A DNA stretch of 64,000 nt, taken from positions 32,001-96,000 of the forward strand of contig JAHPZE010000008.1 of NCBI GenBank assembly GCA_019058365.1, written 5' to 3'. A program made the translations under genes and the position numbers. The first letter of the stretch is position 1. Each line of letters begins with the position of its first letter. This DNA comes from Promethearchaeota archaeon. Its GTDB lineage: Archaea > Asgardarchaeota > Lokiarchaeia > Sigyniarchaeales > SOKP01. Below the pieces are notes generated by a model. It saw nothing but the letters and a program-made list of their open reading frames with translations. It was not told the DNA's origin and searched no databases. Shown here one piece after another: positions 30,521-40,230 of the stretch.

Positions 30521-30901
30521 ATGGAGAATCAACCCAACCTTGAGGAATTAAAACCTAAAATAAAACTAGGTATGAAATTTTGGTTGGAATTTGAGAATAA
30601 AAGTATATTGGGTTCTGGATGGGCGAAGTTGCTAAAAAATATTGAGAAAAATAAAGAAGGTTCATTATCTCACGCAGCAAAAGAGTGTAATTATTCTTAT
30701 AAATACGCGTGGAATATACTAAAAAGAATAGAAAAAAGAACAGGTAAAGCTATAGTGATAACGGGTAAAGGAGGTCGTGGTGGAGGTGGTTGGGTAAAAT
30801 TAACCGATTGGGGGCTATATCTCTTAGAAATTTATCAGAAGTATCTAAATGAAATAACAAAAATTGAAAAAAAACTTGGAGAGACAATGAAGATCAGCTA
30901 A
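30521..30901 (+). CDS. ModE-family HTH transcriptional regulator
   Basis: GSLSHAAKECNYSYKYAW...GGRGGGG...LT..G. Confidence 0.88.
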   Translation: MENQPNLEELKPKIKLGMKFWLEFENKSILGSGWAKLLKNIEKNKEGSLSHAAKECNYSYKYAWNILKRIEKRTGKAIVITGKGGRGGGGWVKLTDWGLYLLEIYQKYLNEITKIEKKLGETMKIS

Positions 30902-30992
30902 TAAATATATTTTAATTTCATTATTAATTTATTTCAATAAGGAGCTAAATAACTTAATCTTTTCAAAGAATTATGTAAAAAGGGGTTTTTAC

Positions 30993-31418
30993 ATGGAAGA
31001 CCGTTTAACGCAATTAAGTAAAATAAAAGTTTGCGATATTATGATCAAAGATCCACTTTTTACTTTTCCAAAAGAAAAAATCAGTACCACTGAACTTTTA
31101 ATGGTCAGGAAAAATATTGGTGGACTTCCTGTTGTGAAAGATCGTAAAGATAGACAACTTATTGGTATTATTACACAAAGAGATATACGTTTGGCTAGAT
31201 TTGCGATGAGTTTAGATTCACCGAATACAACTGTGAAGGATTTAATGACACCAGAACCTATTGTTGTAAAAGAAAATAACACATTAAAAGAGGTTTTAGA
31301 AATAATGTTCGATAATAATATTCAAAGACTTCCTGTTGTAGATGAAAAAAAAGAGCTAGTTGGCTTAGTTATACAAAATGGAATCTTAAAAACTCTTCTT
31401 GAATTTTTTCAAAAATAA
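30993..31418 (+). CDS. CBS-domain pair protein
   Basis: V.DIM...IGGLPVV...LIGIIT.RD twice. Confidence 0.9.
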   Translation: MEDRLTQLSKIKVCDIMIKDPLFTFPKEKISTTELLMVRKNIGGLPVVKDRKDRQLIGIITQRDIRLARFAMSLDSPNTTVKDLMTPEPIVVKENNTLKEVLEIMFDNNIQRLPVVDEKKELVGLVIQNGILKTLLEFFQK

Positions 31419-31520
31419 TTAAAAGAATTCTTATTTATTAATTTTATAAAAAAATTATAAAAATCATTAATTTTAGATTATTAATAAGAAAAAGCAAATA
31501 AATTGCATTATTGATAGAAA

Positions 31521-33035
31521 ATGGCACTACCTTTTCCTGGCACACCAATTATAATTGATATTGGTTCAGCATATGTTAAAATAGGATTTTCGGGAGAGCC
31601 TGGACCAAGATTTGTTTTTCCTTGCATTACAGGAACTGAAAAATATAAATCTGTGATGGTTGATGTAAGTGCTAGAAGTATATATGTTGGAAATGATGTA
31701 TCTCGAATGCGTGGCGTTCTTAAAATAAAACACCCTATAGCAAGGGGGGAGATCATGGATTGGGAGAGTTTCTATGAAGTATTAAATTATATTTTTTATT
31801 CACTGCTTAGAATAGAGAATCTATCGGATTATCCTGTATTTTATTGTGAATCTCCTTTTATGCATAGAGATACTAAGGAGTATATTGCACGACTTTTCTT
31901 TGAAACTCATCAAGTTAAAAGTTTAGTTATGATGCCAACACCGTTATTGTCTATGTTTAGCGTTGGATTGACAACTGCGCTCGTAATTGAAAGTGGAGAT
32001 GGAATGACATGGATAGTTCCAATAGTTAATGGACAGATGGTCCAACATGCCGTTCAGAAACTTCCACTAGCGGGTGTAGACGTTAACCAAAACTTAAAAA
32101 GTCTCCTAATGAGAGAAGGTGTAAGTATTTCTTCTAGTGCTGCTGATGAGATTCTTCAAGAGATAAAAGAAAAGAATTGCTATTTTGTATTGGATCCTAA
32201 TAAACCTTCTACAACAGGAGAAATGTTTAATGTTCCGATGCCTGATGGCTCAAGCATCAACGTTCCGACTTATATTCTCTATCAAGCTCCAGAAGTTTTA
32301 TTTAATCCATCTATGTTAGGCTATACAAATATAATGAATATAACTCAAGCAGTTATTGCTTGTCTAAGAGCAATAGATAATCAATATTGGCATGATCTTT
32401 TATCACATATAGTATTTTCCGGAGGAAATCTTTCCTATAGTGGCTTTCAAGAACGCTTTGAATCAGAATTGGATCCACTTCTTTCTCAACTAGGTAGGAT
32501 TCCTAAACCCGTCGCACCTCTCTCTGCAATGAAAAGCGAATTAATCAAATTACAAGCTGTTGAAATCTCAAAGAAAAAAGAAGATACTTGCCCACATTGT
32601 GGCAGTTTAATAAACTTAAATGATGGAAAAGAATTATGTCCTTCATGTGGAGGAGTATTAATTTTACCTGAAATAAAGATTGGTGCATTAAATCAAAATA
32701 ATAAAAAAAGAAATAAATGCCCACATTGCTTAAGAGAAATAACTGATATATCTTCACTTTTCTGTCCTTATTGTGGAGCATCTATGGAAAATTTAGAAAA
32801 AACTCAAATCCCTGAAGAAATTTCAAAAAAATCACCTGCTCAAGAATTTTCTGAATTCATGGAATCTGCTAATAAAATAATCAAATTTTTTGTACCCGAT
32901 AACCTTCAATTTGCTATTTTTACTGGTGCGGCTATTTTAGGAAGTTTACCTTCTTTCCAACAGATATTTATTACTTATGAACAATTCCAAACAAATAGGG
33001 ATCTGTTATATAGAGATATTAGCGAGATTCTTTAA
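31521..33035 (+). CDS. Actin-related protein with an inserted double zinc ribbon
   Basis: IDIGSAYVKIGFSGE..PRFVFP, ESGDG, LAG.D, EIKEK.CY, PE.LFNPS, SGGN, GAAILGSL.SFQQ; insert with CPHCG/CPSCG/CPHC/CPYCG. Confidence 0.93.
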   Translation: MALPFPGTPIIIDIGSAYVKIGFSGEPGPRFVFPCITGTEKYKSVMVDVSARSIYVGNDVSRMRGVLKIKHPIARGEIMDWESFYEVLNYIFYSLLRIENLSDYPVFYCESPFMHRDTKEYIARLFFETHQVKSLVMMPTPLLSMFSVGLTTALVIESGDGMTWIVPIVNGQMVQHAVQKLPLAGVDVNQNLKSLLMREGVSISSSAADEILQEIKEKNCYFVLDPNKPSTTGEMFNVPMPDGSSINVPTYILYQAPEVLFNPSMLGYTNIMNITQAVIACLRAIDNQYWHDLLSHIVFSGGNLSYSGFQERFESELDPLLSQLGRIPKPVAPLSAMKSELIKLQAVEISKKKEDTCPHCGSLINLNDGKELCPSCGGVLILPEIKIGALNQNNKKRNKCPHCLREITDISSLFCPYCGASMENLEKTQIPEEISKKSPAQEFSEFMESANKIIKFFVPDNLQFAIFTGAAILGSLPSFQQIFITYEQFQTNRDLLYRDISEIL

Positions 33036-33189
33036 GTAAAAAATAAGATATTTGGATTTTTATTTGTATTTCTTACTTAATTATGTAAAATTGAAATATT
33101 CCTTTAAATTCTTTAAACATATAGTTACTTTTTAATTTCAAGATATATTTTTAAAATTAAATTTTAAGTTAACAGATAGGTTTTATTAT

Positions 33190-34290
33190 TTGAAGCATAA
33201 ATATCGGAGTTTAATCATTAGTACAATTGTAATATTTTTGGCTATAAATGCAATCCCGAGTGCCTTGGCAAAAACACGGCAGTATTATTTAACTAGTTTT
33301 ATATATAAAAATGAAATCCAAGGTGAGGGTTTTACTAATGCTATTGATAGCGATGATAGCATATCTTTTGAAGCAACAACTTATGCATTAGACATATTAA
33401 ATTATTTTGCAGTAAATCCACATAATATTGAAACACTTAAAAGCACTTTAGAAGATGACATTGAGGATATGTTTAATAATTATGAAGAAAATTTATATGA
33501 TTTATTCTTTTTAATGAAATCGCTAAATATTTTAGATCAGGATTATGAAATTAATCTTAATTTAGAAAATAAAATTTATGAATTTCTAAATGATACTGAA
33601 CAAATAACAGGTGGATTTTCTTATTCAAACACTACCGACTTAGTTAGTTTAACTTCAACCTATTACTGTATTCAACTTTTTTCATTAATAGAAAAACCAA
33701 TAGAAAATATTACAATACATAAGAACTGGGTTCTTTCATGTTATAATAGTGATGGTGGATATGGAAGCAATCAAAGTCTTCCTTCTACTATGGTAGATAC
33801 CTGTTTTGCAGTTTTTATTTTAGAGGAATTAGGAGAAATAGAAGCTTTAAATAGTGTTAATAAAACAATAGGGTATCTCCAATCTTTCTATGTTATAGAT
33901 TCTGCGGATCTTGACAATTATGGAGGATATATGCCAGATGATTATGCTTCAATTGCTTTGTTGAGTAGCACATATTATTGTGTAAAAGCAGTTTCTTTAA
34001 TTGATAGTACTAAATTATTTAAAAATACTATAAAAACATGGGTGTTAGCACGACAGAATTTCATGGATGGTGGATTTGCAGAGAACACTGAGGGATATCA
34101 ACAAAAAACTTCCTCAATTGTAGCCAGCTATTATGCATTTGAGACATTAAAAATATTAGGTTCTTTATCTAGTTTCCTCAGTGAAATTTGGATGGTAGAA
34201 TTTAATTACTGGATCTTAGGAATAGTTCTTTTTTCTATTGGATTAGTTATTGTAGCAGCTATATTTCTTTGGAGAAGAACAAGAATATAA
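33190..34290 (+). CDS. Secreted, C-terminally anchored prenyltransferase/squalene-oxidase-repeat (alpha/alpha toroid) protein
   Basis: Signal peptide; repeats WVL..Q..DGGF...STYY.V..L; C-terminal TM followed by RR. Confidence 0.8.
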   Translation: MKHKYRSLIISTIVIFLAINAIPSALAKTRQYYLTSFIYKNEIQGEGFTNAIDSDDSISFEATTYALDILNYFAVNPHNIETLKSTLEDDIEDMFNNYEENLYDLFFLMKSLNILDQDYEINLNLENKIYEFLNDTEQITGGFSYSNTTDLVSLTSTYYCIQLFSLIEKPIENITIHKNWVLSCYNSDGGYGSNQSLPSTMVDTCFAVFILEELGEIEALNSVNKTIGYLQSFYVIDSADLDNYGGYMPDDYASIALLSSTYYCVKAVSLIDSTKLFKNTIKTWVLARQNFMDGGFAENTEGYQQKTSSIVASYYAFETLKILGSLSSFLSEIWMVEFNYWILGIVLFSIGLVIVAAIFLWRRTRI

Positions 34291-34372
34291 ACATTTTGGG
34301 TTCATACAATATTTTGATGTTAATATAATTGTTTTTTTTAAATTTCAAATTTTATTATACACAGGATGGATC

Positions 34373-35242
34373 ATGCATAATAAAATCTTAGATGGAAAAA
34401 TATTAGCAGAAAAATTAAATTCAGAATTAAAAGAGCTAATTAAAAAAGCAATAGAGGAAACAGGAAAGCACCCAAAATTAGCTACTATACTTGTGGGAAA
34501 TGATCCCGCCTCTCAAGTTTATGTAAATATTAAACATAAAACATGCCAAGCTGTAGGTATTGATTCCATTATTGTTGAGTTAGAAAAAGATATTTCCAAG
34601 GAAGAACTTCTATATGAAATTGACAAACTCAATAAAGATTCCACTATTCATGGTATTTTATTGCAAATCCCACTTCCAGAAAAATTAAAAGTGGCTACAG
34701 CTGAGTTTCAAGAGAAAATATCACCCTTGAAAGATGCAGATGGTTTAAATCCAGTTAATAGAGGGAAACTATTTGATTATAATGAAGAATTAGCTCCGTG
34801 TACTCCTAAAGGAATAATTGCACTTTTAGAAAATTATAATATAGGACTTAAGGGGAAAGACACTGTTATTATAAATAGATCAAATTTAGTAGGCAAACCA
34901 CTAATATTTTTACTCTTAAAAAGGAATGCCACTGTTTCCATTTGCCATACATCAACAAAAGATATTGATAGATATATTAAAAACGCGGATATATTGATTG
35001 TTGCAGTAAGTAAACCAAAATTTATAACAAAAAAAAGAATTAAAGAAGGTGTTGTGATCATCGATGTTGGTACGAACAGAATTGATGGTAGATTATGTGG
35101 GGATGTTGATTTTGAAGATGTTTTTGAAAAATGTTCTTCGATAACACCTTCTCCCGGCGGGGTGGGGCCTCTCACAGTTCATTTTCTACTCCAAAATACT
35201 TTTACAGCTTATAAAAAACAATTGAATCTAACCAAAATGTAA
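34373..35242 (+). CDS. folD: Methylenetetrahydrofolate dehydrogenase/cyclohydrolase
   Basis: ILDGK, YV..K, HGILLQ.PLP, PCTP.G, RS.LVGKP, GDVDF, PGGVGPLT. Confidence 0.95.
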   Translation: MHNKILDGKILAEKLNSELKELIKKAIEETGKHPKLATILVGNDPASQVYVNIKHKTCQAVGIDSIIVELEKDISKEELLYEIDKLNKDSTIHGILLQIPLPEKLKVATAEFQEKISPLKDADGLNPVNRGKLFDYNEELAPCTPKGIIALLENYNIGLKGKDTVIINRSNLVGKPLIFLLLKRNATVSICHTSTKDIDRYIKNADILIVAVSKPKFITKKRIKEGVVIIDVGTNRIDGRLCGDVDFEDVFEKCSSITPSPGGVGPLTVHFLLQNTFTAYKKQLNLTKM

Positions 35243-35457
35243 CTATTAGACTCCTTCTTTTAAGAATTTAAATCAATTATAGAAGAATTTAATTGAATAT
35301 TAGTACTTATAATATCAATTTTAATCTAAAAAAACGATAAAAATAATATTAATTAAAGCTTAAAAAAAAAATAGAACTAAAAACTTTAATTATAAACATT
35401 AAACAAGAATAGAAAATTTATCATATTTTAGATAGAGTAAAAACATCCTTTATTAAA

Positions 35458-35913
35458 ATGGCAATTCTTGAAGTAGGAATTAATTTGGGAATGCGAAATT
35501 TAGTTGAAATTAAGTATTATTCATCTTCAGACAATTTATTAGATCCAAACTTACGTGCTGGATTTTTAACTGCACTTGAAAGTTTTACTACTGAAGTATT
35601 TGGCGATGATATTTCAATAATCAGTCTGGCTTCCTTTAAATTAGTTTGCTATTGCGAGATGATTCAATTACCTAATGATGATGTTGAAAATAAACAACCT
35701 TTATTATCATATGCAATAATAGAAAAAGGAACAGATGCATCAATAGTAAAAGATCAATTAAATCAAATTTTGTCCTATTTTCTCAATCGATATCCACTTA
35801 ATGATATATTTTCGAAAAAACCTAAATATTTTAAGCAATTTGAAAGTCGAATTAATGAAACATTAGGAGATTTAAAACTTAAAACAGAAGATAGATTTCG
35901 TTCTTTATTTTAA
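35458..35913 (+). CDS. Longin-like domain protein
   Basis: DPNLRAGFLTALESF..E......I..I.....K pattern typical of Asgard longin/sigma-adaptin-like proteins. Confidence 0.65.
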   Translation: MAILEVGINLGMRNLVEIKYYSSSDNLLDPNLRAGFLTALESFTTEVFGDDISIISLASFKLVCYCEMIQLPNDDVENKQPLLSYAIIEKGTDASIVKDQLNQILSYFLNRYPLNDIFSKKPKYFKQFESRINETLGDLKLKTEDRFRSLF

Positions 35914-35934
35914 ATATAAAAAAAGGATTTTAAA

Positions 35935-37128
35935 TTGAGTTCCAATTTACCTCCTCTAGCTAAAGCTAAATATCAAGAGTATCTAGATGCTGGGGCTTTA
36001 GAAGATAGAATCAAAAAATTAGAGGAATTTTTGTCTCTAGTTCCTAAACATAAAGCAACTGAAAAAATAGTTGCGCTTAATAAATCCCGCTTAGCAAAGA
36101 TGAAGCGTGAATTAGAGAATCGTAAGCAAAAACAAAAAATTACACAAAAAATTATTAGTCCTTTTTCAATAAAAAAGGAAGGAATTCAAGTGATATTAAT
36201 CAGCAGTTTTCAAACTCCTGGAGTCGGAAAAACATCACTTCTGAATTTTCTAACTGGAGCTGCAGAAGAAAAAATTGGTAAATTTACAGCTTTACCAGAA
36301 ATTGGAATTTATCAATATCAAAAAATCCGGTTTCAAATAGTCGACATGCCTTCCATCATGGAGGGTGCCTCTGATGGAGTTGGAAATGGAAAAGAAATCC
36401 TATCACAACTTCGAGCAGCCGATTTATTATGTTTTTGTATAGACTTATCAACAAATTTTGAAGAACAAATGAATTTATTATTAAATGAATTATCTAAAGC
36501 TGATATACGATTAAATGTGTCACCACCACCTTTAATTATTGAAAAAACCGGAGCAAATAAAATTCAAGTGCTCTATCTGACTAAAGAGGCAAAGGAGATT
36601 GAAGGATTTGATGTATTAACAGAAGAAATAAAAGAGATTATATATGAAAATGGGATTCGTAATGGTATTGTAAAAATTTATGGTGAAATAACTCTTGACA
36701 ATGTGATAGACGTTTTAACTCCTTCTGTCGTATATAAAAAAGTAATTTTACTAGGAACTAAGGGAGATCTTTCTCATACTCAAGATATTTTTGAAAATTT
36801 AAAAAGTAAGTATTCAGATAAATTTCCTATAATTTTAGGGACAAGTTATCAAAAAGAGAATTTTCCTAGAGATTTTGGTGAAATAATCTTAAAATTCTTA
36901 AAGAAAATTAAAATTTATACTATGAGTGGTGGAATTGTTGCTGAACAACCATTGATAATGGATGAAAATCCTACTGTTAAGGAAGTTGCATTAAAAATTC
37001 ATAGAAGTTTTTATGATTCTTTCGACCATGCTATAATAATACGAGAAGGAGAACGTCAAAAACGTAAAAAAGTTGGTTTAGATTACATTTTAGCGGACAA
37101 TGATATAGTAGAAATACACTTAACTTAA
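35935..37128 (+). CDS. DRG/OBG-family GTPase with TGS domain
   Basis: VPKHK.TE, PGVGKTS, FT, DMP...G, TKGD, C-terminal TGS (A.KIH...VGLDY.L.D.D.VE). Confidence 0.88.
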   Translation: MSSNLPPLAKAKYQEYLDAGALEDRIKKLEEFLSLVPKHKATEKIVALNKSRLAKMKRELENRKQKQKITQKIISPFSIKKEGIQVILISSFQTPGVGKTSLLNFLTGAAEEKIGKFTALPEIGIYQYQKIRFQIVDMPSIMEGASDGVGNGKEILSQLRAADLLCFCIDLSTNFEEQMNLLLNELSKADIRLNVSPPPLIIEKTGANKIQVLYLTKEAKEIEGFDVLTEEIKEIIYENGIRNGIVKIYGEITLDNVIDVLTPSVVYKKVILLGTKGDLSHTQDIFENLKSKYSDKFPIILGTSYQKENFPRDFGEIILKFLKKIKIYTMSGGIVAEQPLIMDENPTVKEVALKIHRSFYDSFDHAIIIREGERQKRKKVGLDYILADNDIVEIHLT

Positions 37129-39791
37129 TACTTTATGCTTTCTATTAAGTTTGGAATTTCTTTAATCTCTCTTACATAATTTTCATTTAAATTAGATATA
37201 CCTTCTGCAATATTTTTAATGCTTTCCAGACTATAGATTAAATTCTCTAAATAATCGATAAGATCTCCTTTAAAAACTAATATCTTATATTCATTAATCA
37301 AATAATTAGAGATCTCTTCAATTGTCATATCTTCTTTAATACGTAGATTAACTATTAAGTTTTCCAGATTTAAACGTCCGCAATCACAATATGGATTATC
37401 TTTACAGCTACAACTAAATATATCACTTGTTAGTTTCATTAAAAAATCAATAAAATCACGTGAGAATGTTTTTCTTTTCTTAACATAGTCAGCGTTCATT
37501 AAGGATAACACACTAGCACTGAATAAATTGTTTGAAAAATATTTCATATTGATATTCTTAGATAAATCTGCAACGATGTTTTTTGATAAATAAACATTTC
37601 TTAGAAATTCTAAGTCTAAAGCAATATCTAAAGGAGTAGCTAAATTATCTTGCAATTTTTTAATGATATTAAGACTTTCGTTAACACTTAAAAAAGAATT
37701 AGCGATAGCTCTTCCTAAACGGGTAGATTTAACTGTTAAATCTTCCTTTATCCTTATTAATCTAAAACTTATTAATTTCTTTAAAACGTCTTCTAAATCA
37801 AAATGAACATTAATTAAATGGTTATAAAAATCATAGATAAGTTCTTTTGAAATCCATTGATTAAACATAGAAATAAATGCAAGAATTTCTGTTTGAGATT
37901 TATCTTCGTCGGGAACAAGCTCATAATCTTTAATCTTACCATTTAATAGTTTTATCGCAATATTTTCTTCAGTAAGTTTCATTTTAGGAGAATAGACTTT
38001 TCCAGGTTCAACAAGAATATATGCTAAACCCTTTTCATGCTTTTTTAATCTCCCTGCTCTTCCCAGCATCTGTTCAAATTCTGCAACCGATAACCAATTT
38101 ATACCCATTGCTAACGACTCAAAGATTACTTGACGCGCTGGTAGATCTACTCCCGCTGCTAAAGCCGCTGTTGCAACCACACCAGTTATTCTTTGAGCTT
38201 GAAAATTTTCTTCAATAACTTTCCTTTCTTCATTAGTTAAACCCGAATGATATGCGGAAATATTTATACCTTTTTTTTGTAGATAAGATGTTATTAATTC
38301 ACATTTTTTTCTGGTATTTGAAAATATGATTGATTGACCTTTAAAACCATACATAGATTTCTCATAGAAAGAAGATTTTACTAATTTTGAAATATATTTT
38401 TGCTTTTGGGTTTCATTCAAGCATAATATTAAATGGCGTTCAACTGGAACAGGGCGATTATCATATTTTATTAATTGACAATTCAATTTTTTTGCAAGTA
38501 GTTCTGGTTCTCCCAGTGTTGCACTCAAATACAAAAACTGAGAATTATATTGTGTTTTTAGTCTCGCGATTAAACCGTCCAATATAAATCCACGTTCAGG
38601 ATCAATTAATGTTTGTATCTCATCAATAATAATTGTACCAATATTTCCTAAGAGTTCTTTTTTCCCATTCCTTAAAATATAGTCAATTGCTTCATAAGTT
38701 GCTATTATGATATGGGCATTAGTTAAATCTTGAATATTATCCGCCTCTTTCTTTCCAAATAATGATTCTCCAACTCTCTTGATAACTTTCAATTTAAGTC
38801 TTTTATATTTTTCCTTAAATTCTTCTGTTCTTATGTTAGCTAAAGCCACAATCGGCACTAAATACAACATTTTAGCACTTCTATTATTCAAAACACTCGA
38901 AATACCAGCCAATTCACCTACTAAAGTTTTGCCTCCAGAAGTAGGCGCCATAATTAATTGATCAAAACGTTCCATTAACAAACCTTTTTCAACTGATATT
39001 GCTTGAATTGGTAATAGGGTAGATATATTTGACCCTTTAAGTGTTTCTTTAAGTTCAAGAGGGATATTTAGATTTTCTATTCTTATATTAAGATATTTCT
39101 TACTAACCGGAGTTTTTTTTTCAATATCATAAAGTGTAATTTCTTTATTATTTACTGGATTGAAATCTGCATTAAAAGCACTTAATACTTTTCTGATATC
39201 TCTAAATTTAAGTAACATATGCATTAAAAAACTCTTTAACTTTGGACTGATTTTTTCTTGAGAAATCATCCCCGTAAGCTTAATTCTATTCACAACAATA
39301 TCATAAGCACATTTAGAACAAATAATTTGATTTTTTAAAGCTCTAATTTGCAAATTCTCATTTAGCAATGTAAACTTTTTTTTATCCAAACAAGAATCAC
39401 AAATAGTTAAGTTAATTATCTTATCTTTATCATATTGAAAACTATTTAACATTTCTTTAACTGGCAAAATATCTTTAGGCATAGTCTGGCTTGAGAATGC
39501 AATAAATTTGTTTTTCTCTGAAATGATAAACTTTCTTAGTAAATGTGGATCAATAGGCTTTGTACTTCCATCAATTTCGATTTTATTGAAATTTAGAGGT
39601 CTCATCTTATTTTTAAAATCTAATCCGAATAATACCGTACCCTTGAAGAAAGGTTCATTTACATACGTAAATGTGAATCTTTTTTTTTTAAATGATTTAA
39701 GGTAAAAGAAATTTACATTGAAAAGTATTTCTTTTTTAGAATCACGATTTCTATCCAAAACAATGAAATAAGATCTTGAAGGAATACTCAA
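37125..39791 (-). CDS. Archaea-specific Ski2-like SF2 helicase (COG1202/ASH type)
   Basis: LLPIQ, APTSGGKT, DEIQ, LSAT, YHSGL, AAGVDLPA, QMLGRAGR; C-terminal CSC...YC.C. Confidence 0.9.
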   Translation of the reverse strand: MSIPSRSYFIVLDRNRDSKKEILFNVNFFYLKSFKKKRFTFTYVNEPFFKGTVLFGLDFKNKMRPLNFNKIEIDGSTKPIDPHLLRKFIISEKNKFIAFSSQTMPKDILPVKEMLNSFQYDKDKIINLTICDSCLDKKKFTLLNENLQIRALKNQIICSKCAYDIVVNRIKLTGMISQEKISPKLKSFLMHMLLKFRDIRKVLSAFNADFNPVNNKEITLYDIEKKTPVSKKYLNIRIENLNIPLELKETLKGSNISTLLPIQAISVEKGLLMERFDQLIMAPTSGGKTLVGELAGISSVLNNRSAKMLYLVPIVALANIRTEEFKEKYKRLKLKVIKRVGESLFGKKEADNIQDLTNAHIIIATYEAIDYILRNGKKELLGNIGTIIIDEIQTLIDPERGFILDGLIARLKTQYNSQFLYLSATLGEPELLAKKLNCQLIKYDNRPVPVERHLILCLNETQKQKYISKLVKSSFYEKSMYGFKGQSIIFSNTRKKCELITSYLQKKGINISAYHSGLTNEERKVIEENFQAQRITGVVATAALAAGVDLPARQVIFESLAMGINWLSVAEFEQMLGRAGRLKKHEKGLAYILVEPGKVYSPKMKLTEENIAIKLLNGKIKDYELVPDEDKSQTEILAFISMFNQWISKELIYDFYNHLINVHFDLEDVLKKLISFRLIRIKEDLTVKSTRLGRAIANSFLSVNESLNIIKKLQDNLATPLDIALDLEFLRNVYLSKNIVADLSKNINMKYFSNNLFSASVLSLMNADYVKKRKTFSRDFIDFLMKLTSDIFSCSCKDNPYCDCGRLNLENLIVNLRIKEDMTIEEISNYLINEYKILVFKGDLIDYLENLIYSLESIKNIAEGISNLNENYVREIKEIPNLIESIKY

Positions 39792-39919
39792 TGTGAAACC
39801 ATTTATGGATAATATTAAATTAGAATGAATACCAACAATTCAATTTTACTAAATTCTAAAAAACCTAATATCAATTTAAGATAAATTAAGAATTAGGATA
39901 ATAAAAAAGAAATTAAAAA

Positions 39920-40081
39920 TTAGAATCCGAAAACTTGTTTAATTTTATCATAAACTTCTTTGATTTGCCTAAGTTTAGCCTCATCGCTCTGGTTTAGGAA
40001 ATGTTCTATCCATTGCGAAAGACCTTGATTCTTAATCCACTCAAGGAAGTATTCAACAGATTGACGTTCTTCAGCAGACAT
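39920..40081 (-). CDS. Small 53-aa helical hypothetical protein (below the ORF-track cutoff)
   Basis: MSAEERQSVEYFLEWIKNQGLSQWIEHFLNQSDEAKLRQIKEVYDKIKQVFGF*; GC-richer coding-like island in AT-rich spacer. Confidence 0.7.
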   Translation of the reverse strand: MSAEERQSVEYFLEWIKNQGLSQWIEHFLNQSDEAKLRQIKEVYDKIKQVFGF

Positions 40082-40230
40082 TTTTTATTCTATTTTTCTC
40101 TTGTGTTTAATTACTTTTTTAATTTTCTTCTATATAAGAATATAAATCATACTATTTTATATTTTTATAATTCTAAATCAATTAAGTAAAGTTAATCAAA
40201 TTTACAATTAATTTTTATAAGTGAAAAAAA

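Noticed and set aside
12685-34290. Rab + prenyl synthase + prenyltransferase-like gene as a Rab prenylation system
   Set aside because: The Rabs lack terminal Cys motifs, the PTase-like protein appears extracellular, and the genes are not co-operonic
40001-40189. 62-aa plus-strand ORF
   Set aside because: Low-complexity F/L/N product overlapping a more protein-like minus-strand ORF
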